A DNA stretch of 64,000 nt from the NCBI RefSeq assembly GCF_963921235.1, contig NC_086107.1:109990001-110054000 (forward strand), in the 5' to 3' direction. This document shows, piece after piece, positions 63,079 through 64,000 of this stretch. Below the pieces are notes generated by a model that was given only the letters and a program-made list of their open reading frames with translations, was not told where the DNA came from and ran no database searches. Numbering within the stretch: the first letter of the stretch is position 1; every line of letters starts with the position of its first letter. A program made the translations under genes and the position numbers. Origin of the DNA: Mobula hypostoma (Eukaryota).

Positions 63079-63485
63079 GTACCTCTTCCTAGAGATGCTG
63101 CCTGGCCTGCTGCATTCACCAGCAACTTTGATGTGTGTTGCTTGAATTTCCAGCATCTGCAGAATTCCTGTTGTTTGCGGCTTGGGGTTGACTTCTGAGA
63201 TCTGTGAAAAATTAGTGAGTCCCTTTTTTAAACCAGCGTCAGGGCACTCTATCTAATATTTAACCAGGAGGAAATATTAAAACGAAGTGTGTTTTAAATG
63301 TTCTGTGGAATATGTCTGGCACTCTTTATGGCAGTGTGTAGCAACAGTTACATCCTCTTCTTCCATGGTTTCCATGAGCTGGTGAGTTAACGGACTAAGT
63401 GTTGAACCTCTGTTTATCTTCTGATCCTTATGGTTCTTCCAGGAGTCAAAAAGTTGTGAGCAGTCTTTATTCTAACGATCGTACA

Positions 63486-63639
63486 AATAAACCTACAAAT
63501 ACTAAGCAAACTAAATAAAGAACTGAGGAAGGATGCTGAGAGGTGAATTCAAAGACAAAAGAATAAAGAAGCAAAGCAAAAGATGGTGCCTCTGAAAAAT
63601 CCATGACTTTTATAGATAAGAAACTTCTTAGATAATAAA
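63486..63639 (+). terminator. Cluster of candidate MPST polyadenylation signals
   Basis: AATAAA at 63486, 63514, 63562 and 63634 downstream of the PLE insertion. Another AATAAA lies inside the insertion at 62581. Confidence 0.45.
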
Positions 63640-64000
63640 CTAGTTAATAGGCTACATAATTAAAATAATTGCATCACGTGGGTGATGTGCTAATACTTAG
63701 CCAATGAAAAATGAGAAAAGGTGATAAACCATTAGTTCAGCTGTTATACCACTTTCTGCCAGAGAGTGGGGATGAAACACTATGTATGGTGAAAAATACA
63801 TGAGTTTATTTAAAAAGTACGAATCTTATAATAAGTACGGTATTATCAAAAAAAAACAGTGATCTTCAAAAGTGGGTTGACAAATGTCAAGGTGACTCCT
63901 CAAGGTGCTGTGGTGGAACTGTTAATGAGAGGGGAATGTGCAGGCAAACATCATGCAGAATGCTGGCATGCTAGTGTAGTGGTTAGCGTGACGCTATTAC

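Larger units (their letters stand above)
62230..63178. mobile_element. Fold-back Penelope-like retroelement with GIY-YIG endonuclease remnant
   Basis: Inverted arms 62234-62440 and 62935-63138. The spacer encodes (-) GVIYCVRCSRCGLLYIGETRRRLGDRFAEH. 13-bp TSD GGCTTGGGGTTGA at 62217-62229 and 63179-63191. Confidence 0.9.

Overview
Repeat-rich vertebrate genomic DNA, not prokaryotic. The repeat set (CR1, V-SINE-type SINEs, Rex/Babar, Penelope) suggests a cartilaginous fish, probably a ray; this is an inference. One protein-coding gene is clearly recognisable: a + strand 3-mercaptopyruvate sulfurtransferase (MPST), with coding exons 50381-50960 and 61898-62199 (293 aa, active-site loop CGSGVS). 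A CpG island at about 30.3-31.4 kb looks like a bidirectional promoter. It holds a candidate short first MPST exon (31385-31410) that splices in frame and adds 15 N-terminal residues. It also holds the first exon of an unidentified - strand gene, whose introns probably span the left half of the window. The rest is mostly transposon debris, much of it nested with readable target-site duplications (TSDs). The most striking non-genic signal is a family of fold-back Penelope-like (PLE) insertions with 13-15 bp TSDs and a minimal hammerhead ribozyme motif in each arm. One sits about 30 nt after the MPST stop codon, placing a ~205 bp inverted repeat and an intact sense-strand hammerhead in the probable 3' UTR. 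Most ORFs in the supplied track are repeat fragments or noise. Coordinates were read by eye, and the boundaries of old repeats are approximate.
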